Below are positions 37,190-51,100 of a stretch of 64,000 bases of DNA, piece after piece. How positions within the stretch are numbered: position 1 is the first letter of the stretch; each line of letters begins with the position of its first letter. The stretch is from the NCBI RefSeq assembly GCF_037042905.1, contig NC_087250.1, positions 10,232,001 through 10,296,000 of the forward strand. Direction: 5' to 3'. The translations under genes were made by a program, and so were the position numbers. The notes under the pieces were generated by a model that was not told the DNA's origin, did no database searches, and was given only the letters and a program-made list of their open reading frames with translations. Source of the stretch: Lytechinus pictus. Its lineage: Eukaryota.

Positions 37190-38520
37190 AGATAGGAACA
37201 TCACCGATGGAGGGCCTGAGAAGCTTCTAGATTGCGATAGAGAAGTTCGGGTTCCGGTTAAGACATCAACGATGGACATCTGCAGAGGTTTCAATTTTAC
37301 GATGTTTCGATTGCTACATCAATGACGGGCAACTCGAAAAGTTCGGGTTGTTCAGGTTACAACATCGACGATGGAAAACTATAAAAGTTAGTAGATGTTT
37401 CGATTGCGACCTTAATGCTCTGCAACTTGAGAAGTTTGGGTTCCGGTTACGACATCAACGATGGACAACTAGATAATATTTACGATGTTTCGATTGCTAC
37501 ATCAGTGACGGGCAGCTTGAGAAGTCTGTGTTGTTCCGGTTGCGACATCAACTATGGGCAACCAGAGAAGTTGGTACTGGTAGATGTTGCAAATGCTTCA
37601 TCAACGATGGAAAACTTGAGAAGTTCGTTGTTGTTCCGATTACGGCATCAATTATGGGAATATATAAAAGTTCATAGAGATTTTGATTGCTTTATTAATT
37701 CTGTGCAACTATTAGAGGTTCTGGCTGTTCCGGTTTCGACATCAACGATTGACAACTTGAAAAGTTCGTTTGTTGTTCCAATTCGACATCAACAATAGAC
37801 AACTACAGATGTTTTAAGATGTTTCCAATGCTACATCAATGACAGACAATTTGAGAGGTTCGAGTTGTTCCGGTTGGGACATCGACGATGGGAAACTAGA
37901 GAAGCTGGTAGATGTTGCGATTGCTACTCCAACGATGGACAACTTGAAAAGTTTGTTGTTGTTCCGATTACGGCATCAATGATGGAAAACAAGAAATTTT
38001 TGTAGAGGTTTTGATTACGACATTAATTCTACGCAACTGTAGATTTTCGAGTCGTTCCGGTTGGGACATCGACGATGGGCAACTAGAGAAACTGGTAGAT
38101 GTTGTGATTGCTACTTCAACGATGGACAACTTGAGAAGTTCGTTGTTGTTCCGATTGCTACATCAATGACAGTCAAGTCGAAAAGTTTGTAGAGGTTTTG
38201 ATTGCGACATTAATTCTGCGCAACTATCAGATACTATATATTTTCGGGTTGTTCCGGTTACGACATCAGCGATGAGAAACTAGAAAAGTTTGTAGATGTT
38301 TTAAATTGCTGCAGCAATGATGAGCAACATGGGAAGTTTGTTGTTGGTCCGATTACGCCATCTATGATTGGATACTAGAAAGGTTTGTAGAGGTTTCGAT
38401 AGCTACGTCAATGTGCAACTAGGGATAGTTTCAACGTTACAAATGCGACATCATTGATGGCCAACTACGATGTTTGTGGATGTTTTGATTGCCGCATCAT
38501 CGATGGGCAACTAGAGAAGT
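37190..38520. repeat. Degenerate ~40-bp minisatellite with higher-order structure, just upstream of the LRR gene
   Basis: The core ACATCAACGATGGRCAACT recurs, preceded alternately by GTTCCGGTT or GATGTTTCGATTGC variants. Confidence 0.85.
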
Positions 38521-39779
38521 TCAGCTCAAGACCACCGTGTAAGAAATGCGTTTCATACGATATCTTACGAGGTATACGTGTCACTTGATTTAGATAATTA
38601 TCAGCCTACAAGGAAAAAGATGAAAAGATGGGAAAAGATGGGTATATAATTCACTTTCTCATTGCAGAGAGAGAGAAAGTTAATAGTTACAAGTAACATA
38701 TCGAAATTCATTGATAAAATGAGTTAAAGGAGTACGTTTTAAGCTTAATTTTAAAATTTTCGACATTCTTCCTATCCCGGATCTCTCGTTGGAGGGAATT
38801 CCATCGTGGGGGCCCCGCATGGATGAATGCCCTTTCCCCCACTTTGTTTTACATTTTTGGAACTGTAAGAAGACCATATTCCCTGGAGCGTAGAAGCCGA
38901 GATGGTGTGTAGGTGTGTATGAGAGCAGAGTTGTACTGCCTTCACCTTTAAGTTTTACCATTCATGGCTCTAATTGACAGAGGAAATCACCCATTGGATT
39001 AGCAGTTCGTATGTAGATCATGGGACCATGGACCTATGAAGAGATGGACATTCATCGCTTAGATAATGAATTCACTAACAGGTGACTGTTATTGTCATCT
39101 GAATAACATTCTCTTCATACTAGTCTTCTTTGGTCCTATGATCGTCACCGTGTGACGGGACTGAAGCAGTTCGTGATTGGACATTTATATTTCACAAATT
39201 ATATGTGCAGTTGATAACATATCAACGAAATAATGGTAAATCGATGTGCAGTTTTTTTTTTACCTTTGTTAATCTTAGTTCCATGTGTTCTATTTGGGGA
39301 AATGTCTGCATATTTTAATATAGAGGTAATATTGTGATTGATTGTTTACCATTTAAAATTCAATTTTTCCAAGTTTCTCCATAATATTCCAGATACACTT
39401 GGCACATAACATGTATAGATCGCGTATCTCTCAATGTTATTTAAGTCCTAATGTGTGAGCGCGGTAGTTAGCGGATCAAATAATATCATATTTTATATCA
39501 TAAAAATCGTCTGCTTCTCAAGTTTGCTGCTCCATATATTAAGCATGTTGACTGAAAGGCACATGCTGAAACAGGGTGTCAGCCAACAAAAATCAAGACC
39601 GGGAAACTGTTCCGTCTTTGAGTGATCAAATACCGGTGACTATCATTGGATCAAAGAAATGCTCGCGTTAATCGTCCATCTTTTCATAGGTCCATAATGG
39701 AACCAATCAGGTGATACCTTTATCACGTTTATAGCTGAGTAACCGACCTGTCTATTGTGACGCCAATGCCCATAGAATA

Positions 39780-41590
39780 GAATATTTGATTTATTGATTT
39801 CCGTTTCACAATTGTACATATTATGATAAACATAACATAACAAGGTCGAAAATACTACAATACATAATAATCATAGATTTAAGGAACATAATTCAATAAA
39901 AAAGGTACGTCAGATGACATTTGTATTTAAAAGCAAAGCTTTTACAAAAGGCAAGCCCCTAACTTAGTTTCATTACAAAATTGCAACAAAGAAGTATTGG
40001 GTCGTAATAATTTATAGATTTTTGTTTGAAAATGAATACAATTTTTGTACACTTTACAAAAACGTAGCTGATGGATCGTGTGAGAAAATATTTTGTTTTA
40101 CAATATTAGAGAGAGGGGGAGAGTGTGTGTGTGGGGGGGGGGTGAAGAGTGGAGGGACAGAGATTAGCAGTGTACACTAAGTAGGGAGGCGCGATAGCTC
40201 AGTCGGTAGAGCGGGGGATTCGTATTCCGGTGACCCGGGTTCGATTCCCACTTGGTGCGCTAGTGCCCTTTGGTAAGGCATTAATCCTCAGTACCAGGTC
40301 CTTCCGAGAGGACCTTAAGCCGTCGGACCTCTGGTTGCTTGCTTACAAGCATTCATGATTTATTAGCAATCAGGTAAAAAAAATTAACTACCAAAAAATC
40401 AAGTAGAAAGAAAGCGGGTTACAAAAGCAGGTACTTTGGCTAATTGCAATTATAAGAAGAAAAAAGATAAAACAAATAATATAGATGAATATGCATTTAA
40501 TATGAGCGCATATAATACAAATATTCCAAAAAGCCGAGTATAACTAAATTAGTTATTCAGCTTGACCTGTTTGCAACGAGTATTGCCAAATTAACATTTT
40601 TTTTCAGTTTGCGTTTAAAAATATTTACATTAGGGGATTCTTTAAAATCTTGAGGCAGAGAGTTCTAGTAGGCAGGCCCGGAGGAGACAAATGAATTCTT
40701 TGCAAATAAAGTTCTTGTTAGAGGAAGGTGATAATATTGCCGTTGCCTTGTTGGGTGGCAGTGTACGGATGTATTTTTACGGTACATATTAGAGAAAATA
40801 GCGGGGAGATCGTCCTTGCTTAATTTGAACATAAATTGACTAAGTTCGAAAAGATAATTATGCCACTTACTTTGAGAATGTTATTTAAAAAAAAAATAAG
40901 ATATCAGTATGTGATCTAAAGTGTGTTTGAAAAATTATTCTTAGAGCTTTTTTCTGGAGAAGTAATATTTCACTTGTGTAATAATAATGATTCAGTTGTG
41001 TTTACATTGCACATCACCAGGCAATTATTCCATAATTAATACATGGTATAGAATAAGGGTGTAGTATAATGTTAACAAAATGCGAGAAGGGAGAAAATGT
41101 TTGAGTTTATTATTAATTCCAATGTTTCTAGAAATTATTGTTTTACATATACTATACTATATGAGGCTTCCAGGATAATTTGTTGTCAATAAGGACACCC
41201 AAGAATCTGGTAGTGGAAACATTATTAAGAACGAAATTATCAAAGAAAATACTGTCTGGTAGGTTTTATTACTAAACAGCATATAGTTTGTCTTCTGGTG
41301 TTAAAGCGAAAGTTTATTGGCCTTGATCCAATCTGTATCATTTGTTAGTTCAAAATTTACGATTCTAACAAGTTGGTTAATATTGTCATGGGAAAAGAAA
41401 ATATTGGAGTCGTCAGCAAGAAGTATAAATGAGAGTAAATTTGATGTATTTTTAATATCATTGATATAAGTAATAAAAAGAAGTGGGCCTAGTAGGCTAC
41501 CCTGGGGGACACCGCAAGTAATTGGAAGAGTAGTCGAATCGCTATTATTTACTGATATATCAGTTACGAACACTATACACATTAGTATAT
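39780..41590 (-). pseudogene. 5'-truncated, degenerate CR1/L2-group LINE
   Basis: GVPQGSLLGPLLFITYIND...ADDS...W.KANKLSLN peptide at 41582-41301, with broken C-terminal motifs downstream. Confidence 0.8.
40185..40400 (+). mobile_element. tRNA-derived SINE, second family
   Basis: TAGCTCAGTCGG and GGTTCGATTCC boxes, an unrelated body, an A-rich tail and a flanking AAGTAG duplication. Confidence 0.75.
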
Positions 41591-42216
41591 ATCTCTATGG
41601 GAACATCGGCGATGTTACCGATGAAAAGATTCTGAATGAAAAATTTCTTCATAATTATGATATTCAAATAACAATAGTGTTTGTAACTGATTTTGAGAAT
41701 AACTATTCGATTCTCCAGGCATATTAGGTGTTAAAGTCGTTGTTAAGTATAATCATCTATCTGGTCTTATGCTCAAATAAGCCAGTTCGCTTGAGCATGT
41801 TGAAGTAATTACGAACTATTTTTTTTCTTCGGGAGGTTGATAAAACTATTGGCAGACCAAAGTTCATGACATTTTGGGTTAACAATTAAATTCCACTAAC
41901 TACTCTATTGTCAAGCTTTCTACTATCTTGTCTCTACACACAAAGAGATTTTTTAACCCTAAATGACACCCCGGAATGACACACTTTTACCAACCTTTTG
42001 TGGTGTAATATTGTGCCCTAAGGGACAAAAGATGCAAAAATGCACCCTTTTTATCATTATTTGCACCAATTAATGCTCGTTTGCACCCTAAAAGGTGCTC
42101 ATTTTAACCTTTTAGGGTGCATATATACTTGACATTGAAAATGTTCAAATTTTAACCTTTATTACATGGTTCATTTTTATATGTAGGGTACTTAATATAG
42201 CTAATTGCACCCTAAA

Positions 42217-43354
42217 AGCCCCTTTCACAATTGACGTACGACCATTTGCGACCTTTTGGTCGTGCGACAGGCTGCAACAGGCATCAATCGCTAGTCATCT
42301 CATAAGATCACACAGAGGCTTTCACAGTTGCAACAGCTGTCGTACAACTAAAACAACCAGTAAACCCCGTTGCACGAGTAAGTCGCATATGCTCTTATTG
42401 TGCTCGTGCGATCACATGCGAGTGTTGCACAAGGGCGAGTGGAACGGTCGCATACATGCGAATGAAACGGTAGTGCAATGTTGTAAGCCGTTGCGATCGG
42501 TCTTATGGCCCATATTATTATCGCAACCAGTCGCAAGACAGGTCTCTGTACATGTAGGTCGCTTGCACATGTGCAAGTGTTGTACGACCTCCAGTCAAGT
42601 AAATGCGACTACTTAGTTGTGCCACCTCTCGCACCAAGTCGTACAACGTTGAACAACACTCGCACGATGATCGCCCGAGCGATGGTACGACCCCGGGTAC
42701 GGCCTGATGCGAGTGAATCGATCGAATTTGATCGCGTTCGGATTTTGAACATGTTCAAAGTTCAGATGTGACCAGTCACGACCATCTCGAGTTCGTGCGA
42801 CCGTCTACGACTGCGAGGGCTCGCAAGACACCAAGATATCGATCGTGCAACAACAAGAAAAAACTGTTGCAGGCGGTCGTAAACTGGTCGGACGTCAATT
42901 GTGAAAGGGGCTGAACGGTCGCATACAAGCGAATGCAACGGTAGTGGAATGTTGTAAGCCGTAATTTCGATCGATCTTGCAACAGTCTTATATTATCGCA
43001 CCCAGTCGCAAGACTGGTCTTTATAGGTCTCCAGCACATGTGCAAGTGTTGTACGACCCCCAGTCGACTAAATGCGACTATACTTAGTTGTGCCACCTCT
43101 CGCACCAAGTCATACAACGTTGAACAACACTAACACGATGGTCGCCCGACCGATGGTACGACCTGTTGCGAGTGAATCAATCGTATTTGATCGCGTTTGG
43201 ATTTTGAACATGTTCAAAGTTCAGATGCGACCAGTCACGATCACCTCCGACCACCTCGAGTTTGTGCGATCGTCTACAACGACTGCGAGTGCTCGCAAGA
43301 AAAAATTGTTGCAGGTGGTCGTAAACAGGTCGTACGTCAATTGTGAAAGGGGCT
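42217..43354. mobile_element. Harbinger-type non-autonomous element with a duplicated right half
   Basis: TIR AGCCCCTTTCACAATTGACGTACGACC, with an extra right-TIR copy at ~42885-42912. Segment ~42440-42912 is repeated at ~42915-43354. Confidence 0.8.
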
Positions 43355-43357
43355 TAA

Positions 43358-43780
43358 GGCCACCGCACACCTTACGACTGTTCGCGATCCGATTTTGGAA
43401 CAAATCGCATTTTGCTCATTTTCTGAAAATGTGAATGGAACATATCATTTTATTTGAGGTCTAAATTAATTGAAATAATACTAATATAACAATTTTGAAA
43501 GATTGCAAGCCTTTATTTCGGAGTAAAGGCCAAATTAGTTTCAAATCGTAGCCAATCGTACGACTGCTATGACGTCATTACGACTAGATATTAAATTCGC
43601 TTTTATTCTAAGAAGGATGATAGCATAGTCACATATTTGAACATAGGTATTCGTACGATGATTTAGAACATTCCACAGTAAGATATTCCAAGTCTCAATG
43701 TTAGCATCAAATTCTACTACATTTTTTTCTGAAATTGGGTCGCAGACCGGTCGTGCCGGTCGTAAGGTGTGCGGTCGCCT
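43358..43780. mobile_element. Harbinger-type MITE abutting the previous element
   Basis: TIRs GGCCACCGCACACCTTACGAC / GTCGTAAGGTGTGCGGTCGCC with TAA/TTA at the junctions. Confidence 0.8.
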
Positions 43781-45179
43781 TTAAGGTGCAAAAATGAGCA
43801 TCATTGCACTCATTGGTACCCTTTCGGGTGCTAGGTTTGTACCAACCCCTAGGGTTCTAATTTGAACCAGTGCACTATATTTTTAGTCTGTACGATGATG
43901 TTTCCAATAGGAGAATGCACTCTGGTAGAAGCTCGCTTTTCAGCAGCCACCTCCATACCATCAGCATATATGTTGCAACTAACATTTAGCAATATGTTAT
44001 TGTTTATTCCTATATGATGATGCACAGCATTTGTATAGCGCCATATATCTGTCAAAGACATTCAAAGGCGCATTGGAGGAGCCAGCCAATCTGGGTCGCC
44101 TGCAAGGGCGCGCATACAGAACTGTGACCCGCAGGTCTCTCCTCCCGATAACTGGTTGGGGGAATGCAGGTGGACCACTACACCGCCGGGGTTCCCCCCT
44201 ACTCTTATTCGAATAGTGCAATGGGTTCTTAACGTGCAAAGGTGGTGATTTTCCTCTATCAAGATATATCGAGATACACGAAACCAAACGGAAAATAATC
44301 GTTAGAAATCGAAATAAAGAAAATGAAAATATTAAAAAGCTATTGTTGACTCGCCAGGTATACGCTAATAGGATGGTCGTCAAAACCCTTTGAAAATTCT
44401 TGCCCCAGATTCAATCGCCACGACTGAGCGCCACTTTGGTCATTTGCACTGCCCATTTTCTACCGACGGGGAATTAACGGAATTAACAGAATACAGATAT
44501 AATAGCTTAAAATGCACTTCCAGGCACTTACATGAGAAGACGAAAAGACTGGCAATATTGCAGATATTTCGTTTGTCCAGAGTCCAGGACGACACTGCTG
44601 TTTTGATCCACCGATTTTTCGACAAAGGCTGATCTGATATGAAGGGCGTGATGACAAAGGATTCTTTGCGTCAAAGGAAGCATGCTATGAAGTGATTGCT
44701 AAAATGCCCAAAGCAGTGCCTAATTACAGGAAGAAGACGGATAATTGCTTGCTCGAAGAGGCTTCGGATGAAGACAGAGAGAGAGAGGGGGAGACTGAGA
44801 CAGTGGCGGTAATTACTACGAGGGCACGTGCCCCCCCCCCCCTATTGCATAATATTATGTTATAATTATTATATCATAATTTCACTGTACATAAGATTTT
44901 TCTTCATAACTTTATGAAGCAAAATTTGCTTAGGGCCTGTGTTCATCATTCCTGGTGCTCGCAATACTCGCATTGTCTGTTTGATGAGATATATAATCCT
45001 GTTGTACCAAAACATCCCGTTTTTAAGTCAATATAAACCAAATGTATTTCCTCGCAATTTGAGTTATTATTGTTTTATGTATAGTGACATATGCTTCTTT
45101 TTCATGACGACTTAAAGTGATTGCCTCATTTTAAGGTCTGAATATAAAACATTTACAGTCCGTGCTTACGTTCGCATAA

Positions 45180-48100
45180 CGTCGCCCGAGAAGCATAGTG
45201 ACGTTAACTGATTTCACGCGCGCAAAAACGATTTCGAGAAAATCGCATTTTAAGTTTGTGGATAATGTTTGAAGATGGATTTCGCAATGTTATCGTTAAA
45301 TATTTCCTTTAATTTTTCATACAAGAAAACTTAAAGATGTCTTTAAACTCATATCAAGGAATTACGAGAAAATATGCGCAATTCGAGATAATACAGTAGA
45401 TTGAAAAGTTAGCGCCCTTATGCTTCTTGAATCTTTGTGGGTCGGTGGGCGCGCATCGGGGCGTTAACTACTTAGCGCCCCGAATCTTTGTGGATCGGTG
45501 GGCGCGCTTGGGGGCGTAAAGCTACTTAGCGCCCTTATGCCTTTAATTAATTATTCAATTCATGAGAAATTAAAGGGCGGAAACCCGTACAGCGCTTGCG
45601 CATTTTGAATCGAGTAGTGTAAACCACATAATTATGATTGTTCCGTTCTCCTTTTTTATTTTTTTAGAACCTTTCACAGGTCATTTGTATTTTTCTGTTT
45701 TTCTCATCTTCATCTCCCTCTTTTTATCGTCCTTTCTTTATGAATTTCTTGTTTTTATTCTTCAGTTTATTTCTAACATGTTCGTCTCCTTGTTTTCCCC
45801 TCATTAGTGGTAAACTGTTTTTTCTCCTTGTGTTCTTCTCTTTATTTTGTGGCTTCGTCATATTCCCATTTATATTATTTCCCTCTCAACTTTTTTTGCT
45901 TTCTTTTTCATTCTCTGATTACCATGTTCTCTATTTGTAGTCTTGTTATTACTTTGTTTCATTTTCTTCATCTTTTTCGCTCTCTTTCAATTCAATTCAA
46001 TTCAATTCAATTTTGCATTTATTTCATTCTCGATAAAAACAATTATAAAGCAAGGTATGAGAAACAATATATTTACAAGCAAGAGTAAAAATGAAAATGA
46101 AATGGGGAACTGCATAAATAAAGCCAAGTGGCCTTGTGTAAGCGCAGTTCCCAAAACATTAATAACATGACATGGTATAGAGAAACAATAAGATAAAGAA
46201 TTAAACATGATGTATAAACAAGAAAAACAAAACATAAAAAGGTGTCAATCTACAGGACAAAAATAACTATACATATTTAAGATATAGGAACTGCTTCAAT
46301 CTTTTTTTGAATGACCTAACAGACTTGCTTTCAATTACATCTCTAGGGGTGGAGTTCCAAATTACAGGGAAATTATGTCTTACACATTTCATTACGTTAT
46401 TTGTTTTAACTGGCCATAGGTGAAATGAATCTTTAAAACGAGTATTGTGATTATGTATCCGGTGATTAAGGGTAAACATTTTATGGATATTAAGAGGTAG
46501 TTTATTCTGGAAATAAAAGAAACCAATTAATGCAATAGAAAAATAATACAAATCATAAATATTAAGAGACTTTATTTTCCGAAAGAGTGGGGCAGAATGG
46601 GCTTGATGATGACATCCCATACATATACGAAGGGCTTTTTTCTGCAATTTAAATAATTTTTCTAATTTTGTTCGACTGCAATTGCCCCAAACAACAACAC
46701 AATAATTAAGATATGACAGCATGAAAGAATTGTATAATAGTAATAATGCAGAAGTTGGAAGGGAGTCTTTTAACCTATATAGAATACCAACACATTTAGA
46801 TACTTTTTGGGTGACTTTTTTAACATGAGTGTCCCATTGCATATTATAGTCTATATAAACACCTAGAAAATTAACACTATTTACCTTTTTAATTGGAACT
46901 TTGTCTATTTCAAGCAATAAATCATTGAGTAAATTAGAAATGCAAGACTGCCTATGGAAAAAAGTAATATAATTAGTTTTACTAGGATTTATTAACAACC
47001 TGTTTGATTTGAACCATTTTGTAACTTTATCTAATTCAACATTGATATCATTTTGTATATTAAGATTATAAGGTTGGTTGTATATTAAAGTAGTATCATC
47101 GGCATACATAATATATTCAAATTTATTTGAGGAATATATGAGATCGTTGATGTAAATTAGAAACAATAGCGGGCCGAGAATAGAACCTTGCGGTACACCA
47201 TGGGTGATACTGGAAAAGTCTGATGAACTATTATTAAAAACAACATATTGGGATCTATCAGAAAGATAACTTTTGAACCAAGAAAGTGGTAAGCCCCTAA
47301 CCCCATAGTGTTCTAATTTGAAAAGAAGTATTTTGTGATCGACAACATCGAAAGCTTTAGAAAGGTCTATGAAAATTCCTATGCAAAATTTATTAGTATG
47401 AATGGATGTCAAAACTTTATCTTGTAATTCTATCAAAGCGTGTGCAGTAGAGTGATTTTTTCTAAACCCGTATTGTGAATCTGTGAGAATTTTATTGTTT
47501 AAACAAAATGAATACAGTCTATTATAAATACACTTTTCAAGCAACTTAGAAATAGACGGTAGAATAGATATAGGCCTATAATTATCAAATTTATGAGGGT
47601 CATCTTTTTTAAATACTGTAGTTATCTTAGCTATTTTCAACTTATCAGGGACCGATCCTGTAGAGAGAGAGAGATTAAATATGAATACCAATGGCTGTAC
47701 AATATAGAAAATAACTTTTTTCAATAAATTAGTACTAAGATGATCAAATCCCATGGAATTGCTTCTACTTAATGAATTACATATTTGAATTACCTCATTT
47801 TCTGTTATAGGATTTAAGAAAAAGGATTTGTCAATATGATCAATGAGAAAATCTTTATAAGAAGTGTCACTATGAGAATTAATTATAGATGTGGTTATCC
47901 GTCTGGAGGAGTTTATAAAATGTTGATTAAATTCAGTCGCTATGTGTTCTGGGTCATAAACCTTTTCACTCCCACTAAAAAAGAATTCAGGTAAAGACGT
48001 TTTAGGTTTGTTTAATAGTGAGTTTATGACTGACCAGGTCTGTTTTGTATTGTCTTTGTATTGCTTTAATTTATTAGAAAAATATTTCTTTTTTGCATGC

Positions 48101-51100
48101 TTTAACATAGTATTCAATTTATTTCTATATCTTTTGTATTTCATTTCATTATCTAATGAATTATTTTGGAGAAAATGTTTATAGTAACGATTTTTCTTTT
48201 TAATGCACCTGAATAAAAACTTTGATATCCATGGTTTATTGAACATCCTTTTGGTAGGTTTAGATTTGAGCAAAGGAAAGTTTTTATCAAACAATTGGAT
48301 AAAACGAGTTATAAAAAACGAGTATGCATCATTAACATTTGTAATATTATAAAGACTATTCCATTTTTCCTGGTAAAGGTCATACTGAAAATTTCTTATA
48401 TTATCATCTGAGTATTTACGAGTAAAGCGAGTTGTATTAGGTTGATGGGAATTAGCACTAGAACATTTGGAGATCAGAAAAATTGGTAGATGATCACTTA
48501 TGTCTGAACATAGACTACCAGAGTCAAAATATGAATCCAAAACATTGGTGAATATATTATCAATAAGTGTAGCTGTGTTTAGTGTAATACGAGTTGGAGT
48601 TTTTATAATTGGGAATATACCTAGTACAGAATTCAGCCGAAGGAATTCGTTAACAGTATCATCATCTTTGAATAAGTCAATATTAAAATCACCAGTTATA
48701 TAAATTTTTCTATGTTCAGTGCATAATTTGTTAATAACACTATCGTAAAATTCAAGAAATAAATCATAATTTGATCCCGGTTTTCTATATATGACACCAA
48801 TATTAGACATTTTATGTTTTTTATCTAGAAAATCAATAAATAAATATTCACAGACTGAGTTGATTTCTTGGTTAAAAACTATATCATTCCTTATGGTGTA
48901 CTGTATATTTTTTTTCACAAAAAGTGCAACGCCCCCACCTCTTCCGGATAATCGGTTAACATTCAGAAAATTAAAGTCATCTATGTGAAAATTGATTAAA
49001 GTATTATCATTTATCCAAGTTTCAGAAATTGCTATAAAAGAAAAGGAATGAGTAATCATGGATAGGAATTGAGAGATATTGTCAAAATTCTTTGGTAAAC
49101 TGCGAGCATTAAAATGGATAAGACTTAAGGTAGAATTGTTTGGGAATTTCCCATTAAACTCTGAAGGTAGAAAACATGAAGATTCAGAAGAATTAAATAC
49201 GTGCAAGTCAGGATCAACATCTTCAAGAGGGTCAGACCTAGGTTCCATAAACGTAATTTATAGGGGTAGCATAATAATGGAAATGAATTAATCGGTAAAT
49301 TTGAAGCAACATTGTAAAAGGATGTATAACTATATATATACATATCTCAAAAGTAATGCTTAAACTATCTTTGCAGAACATCATTATTAAGTAGAATACA
49401 CCTACGTAAAAAAAAAAAACAATATAGCAACAATAAGCAAAGCTTGATAATAACAAAATTGGGGGGGGGGGGGGGCAACAAGAAAGCAGTTCTATATGCA
49501 CTCCTATATGTGTATACAACAGGATAACAGTTGGGGATGACAAATAAAGATAAGTATAAAGCACACTTTTTGACGAGTTTAAAAGTGCATTGAGGTTTCA
49601 ATGTCCATTAACTTGGCAGTATATTAAAACAATTAAAGATTAATGACATAACGCATAACAATCATTAAATACTAACTCTAGAAACATCATCAGCATGTAC
49701 ATATAAAGTAATTGTTGAGAGAAATAGTTATTCCATATGATTACGATATAGATACCTTCCTTTGTATCTGAATATAATTTAAAAATTCAAATAGTTCATA
49801 ATATATGATGGACACAAAAAAGGCGTATAAATCAATAGTTAGTATCAAGTTTTATATTCAGGCTTGATAATGAAAAAAATCATTAAAACAGTTATATTGA
49901 ATAACATATTTATGAGTGAAATACTCCATGTAATTAATCCAGATATTAATAATGTTTTGTCAATAATCTTTTACAATGTATGTTAAGCATTATTTTGATA
50001 GATTATATTGAATGCCAAACGATGTTCAGGGAACAAAATGCATATACTGTATGTACTCATTAATTAACAAGTCCTTTATCCACTATTGATTCATTGCATC
50101 TAGAAAACATGAAGATAATATTAATTGATTCATGATTCTTTAAATGATGAGAGAAAAACCAGATAAAGATGAGATATAAATGTATTTCTATATACATCTC
50201 TTTGCATATTATATTGATAGACTATAAACAAATCTTTAAAAGAAATATTAAGAATGAAAAAGAGTGAACAGTGTGCCATATTTATAAATCATGATATCAA
50301 TGGCTGGAGAAGATAATAAAGAAACATATCTAGATAATTAAAGAGTGTATTGTGTATGTATTGATTTTAATATAAATGATTATGATTAATATTAAGGAAA
50401 TATATATATATACATAATATTTTCATAAAATACATTCAATAAATAAAAATAAGCTGAAATAAAAAAAAATATCATTGCAGCTATTTTAAAGACATATTTT
50501 CATAAGCATTACCTCTTTTTGTTGAGCACTATTTCTATTCTCAATAAAGCAAACTTTTAGTGCAGGCTATCCAAAAATAAGGCTACCTGTAAAGTCTAGC
50601 GTCATGTTTACCTGCACAAAGTATACAGAAATGTAAAACAAATGTCAAGGGGCACCAATCAACTATTGTATATAAAATGTCTTATTTTTTATTCCTGAAA
50701 TACAAATTGTCCAAAATTTTCTTGCAATTTTATCAAAATCTTATTCTTAATCCTACTATGCTTTCTTCTTCTCATACATATCAATTTTACAATGATATTG
50801 TTTTAATACATTCATATTCGTCATACTATAGAGCACTTAAGATCAGAGAAAAATATTCAGAAATTGTATTTAAAAACATTGGTCTGTGGATTATTTTCAG
50901 CTAATTAGCTAGATCGGATCTGCAGTTAGATTGCAAAACATGTGAAAAATCAGCTGATGCCTACAAAATACTGATCACCAGTAATCGCATGTTCATCCAT
51001 TATGACGTCAGTGTGCATAGCGTGGCATTGTTTGTGACGTCAGTGCGCGTAGCGTAAAATATGCGCAGATCATGATGCGCACAAACATAATACGAGTTAA

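Noticed and set aside
37190..38520. CRISPR-like appearance of a regularly spaced motif
   Set aside because: The units are degenerate and the 'spacers' resemble one another. The context is eukaryotic and no cas genes are present.
23715..40260. tRNA genes at 23715, 30139 and 40185
   Set aside because: Acceptor stems are poor, there is no immediate terminator, and each runs into a SINE body and tail.
50510..50620. Exon-like segment with splice signals on the minus strand
   Set aside because: No recognisable peptide, and it lies inside a transposon.
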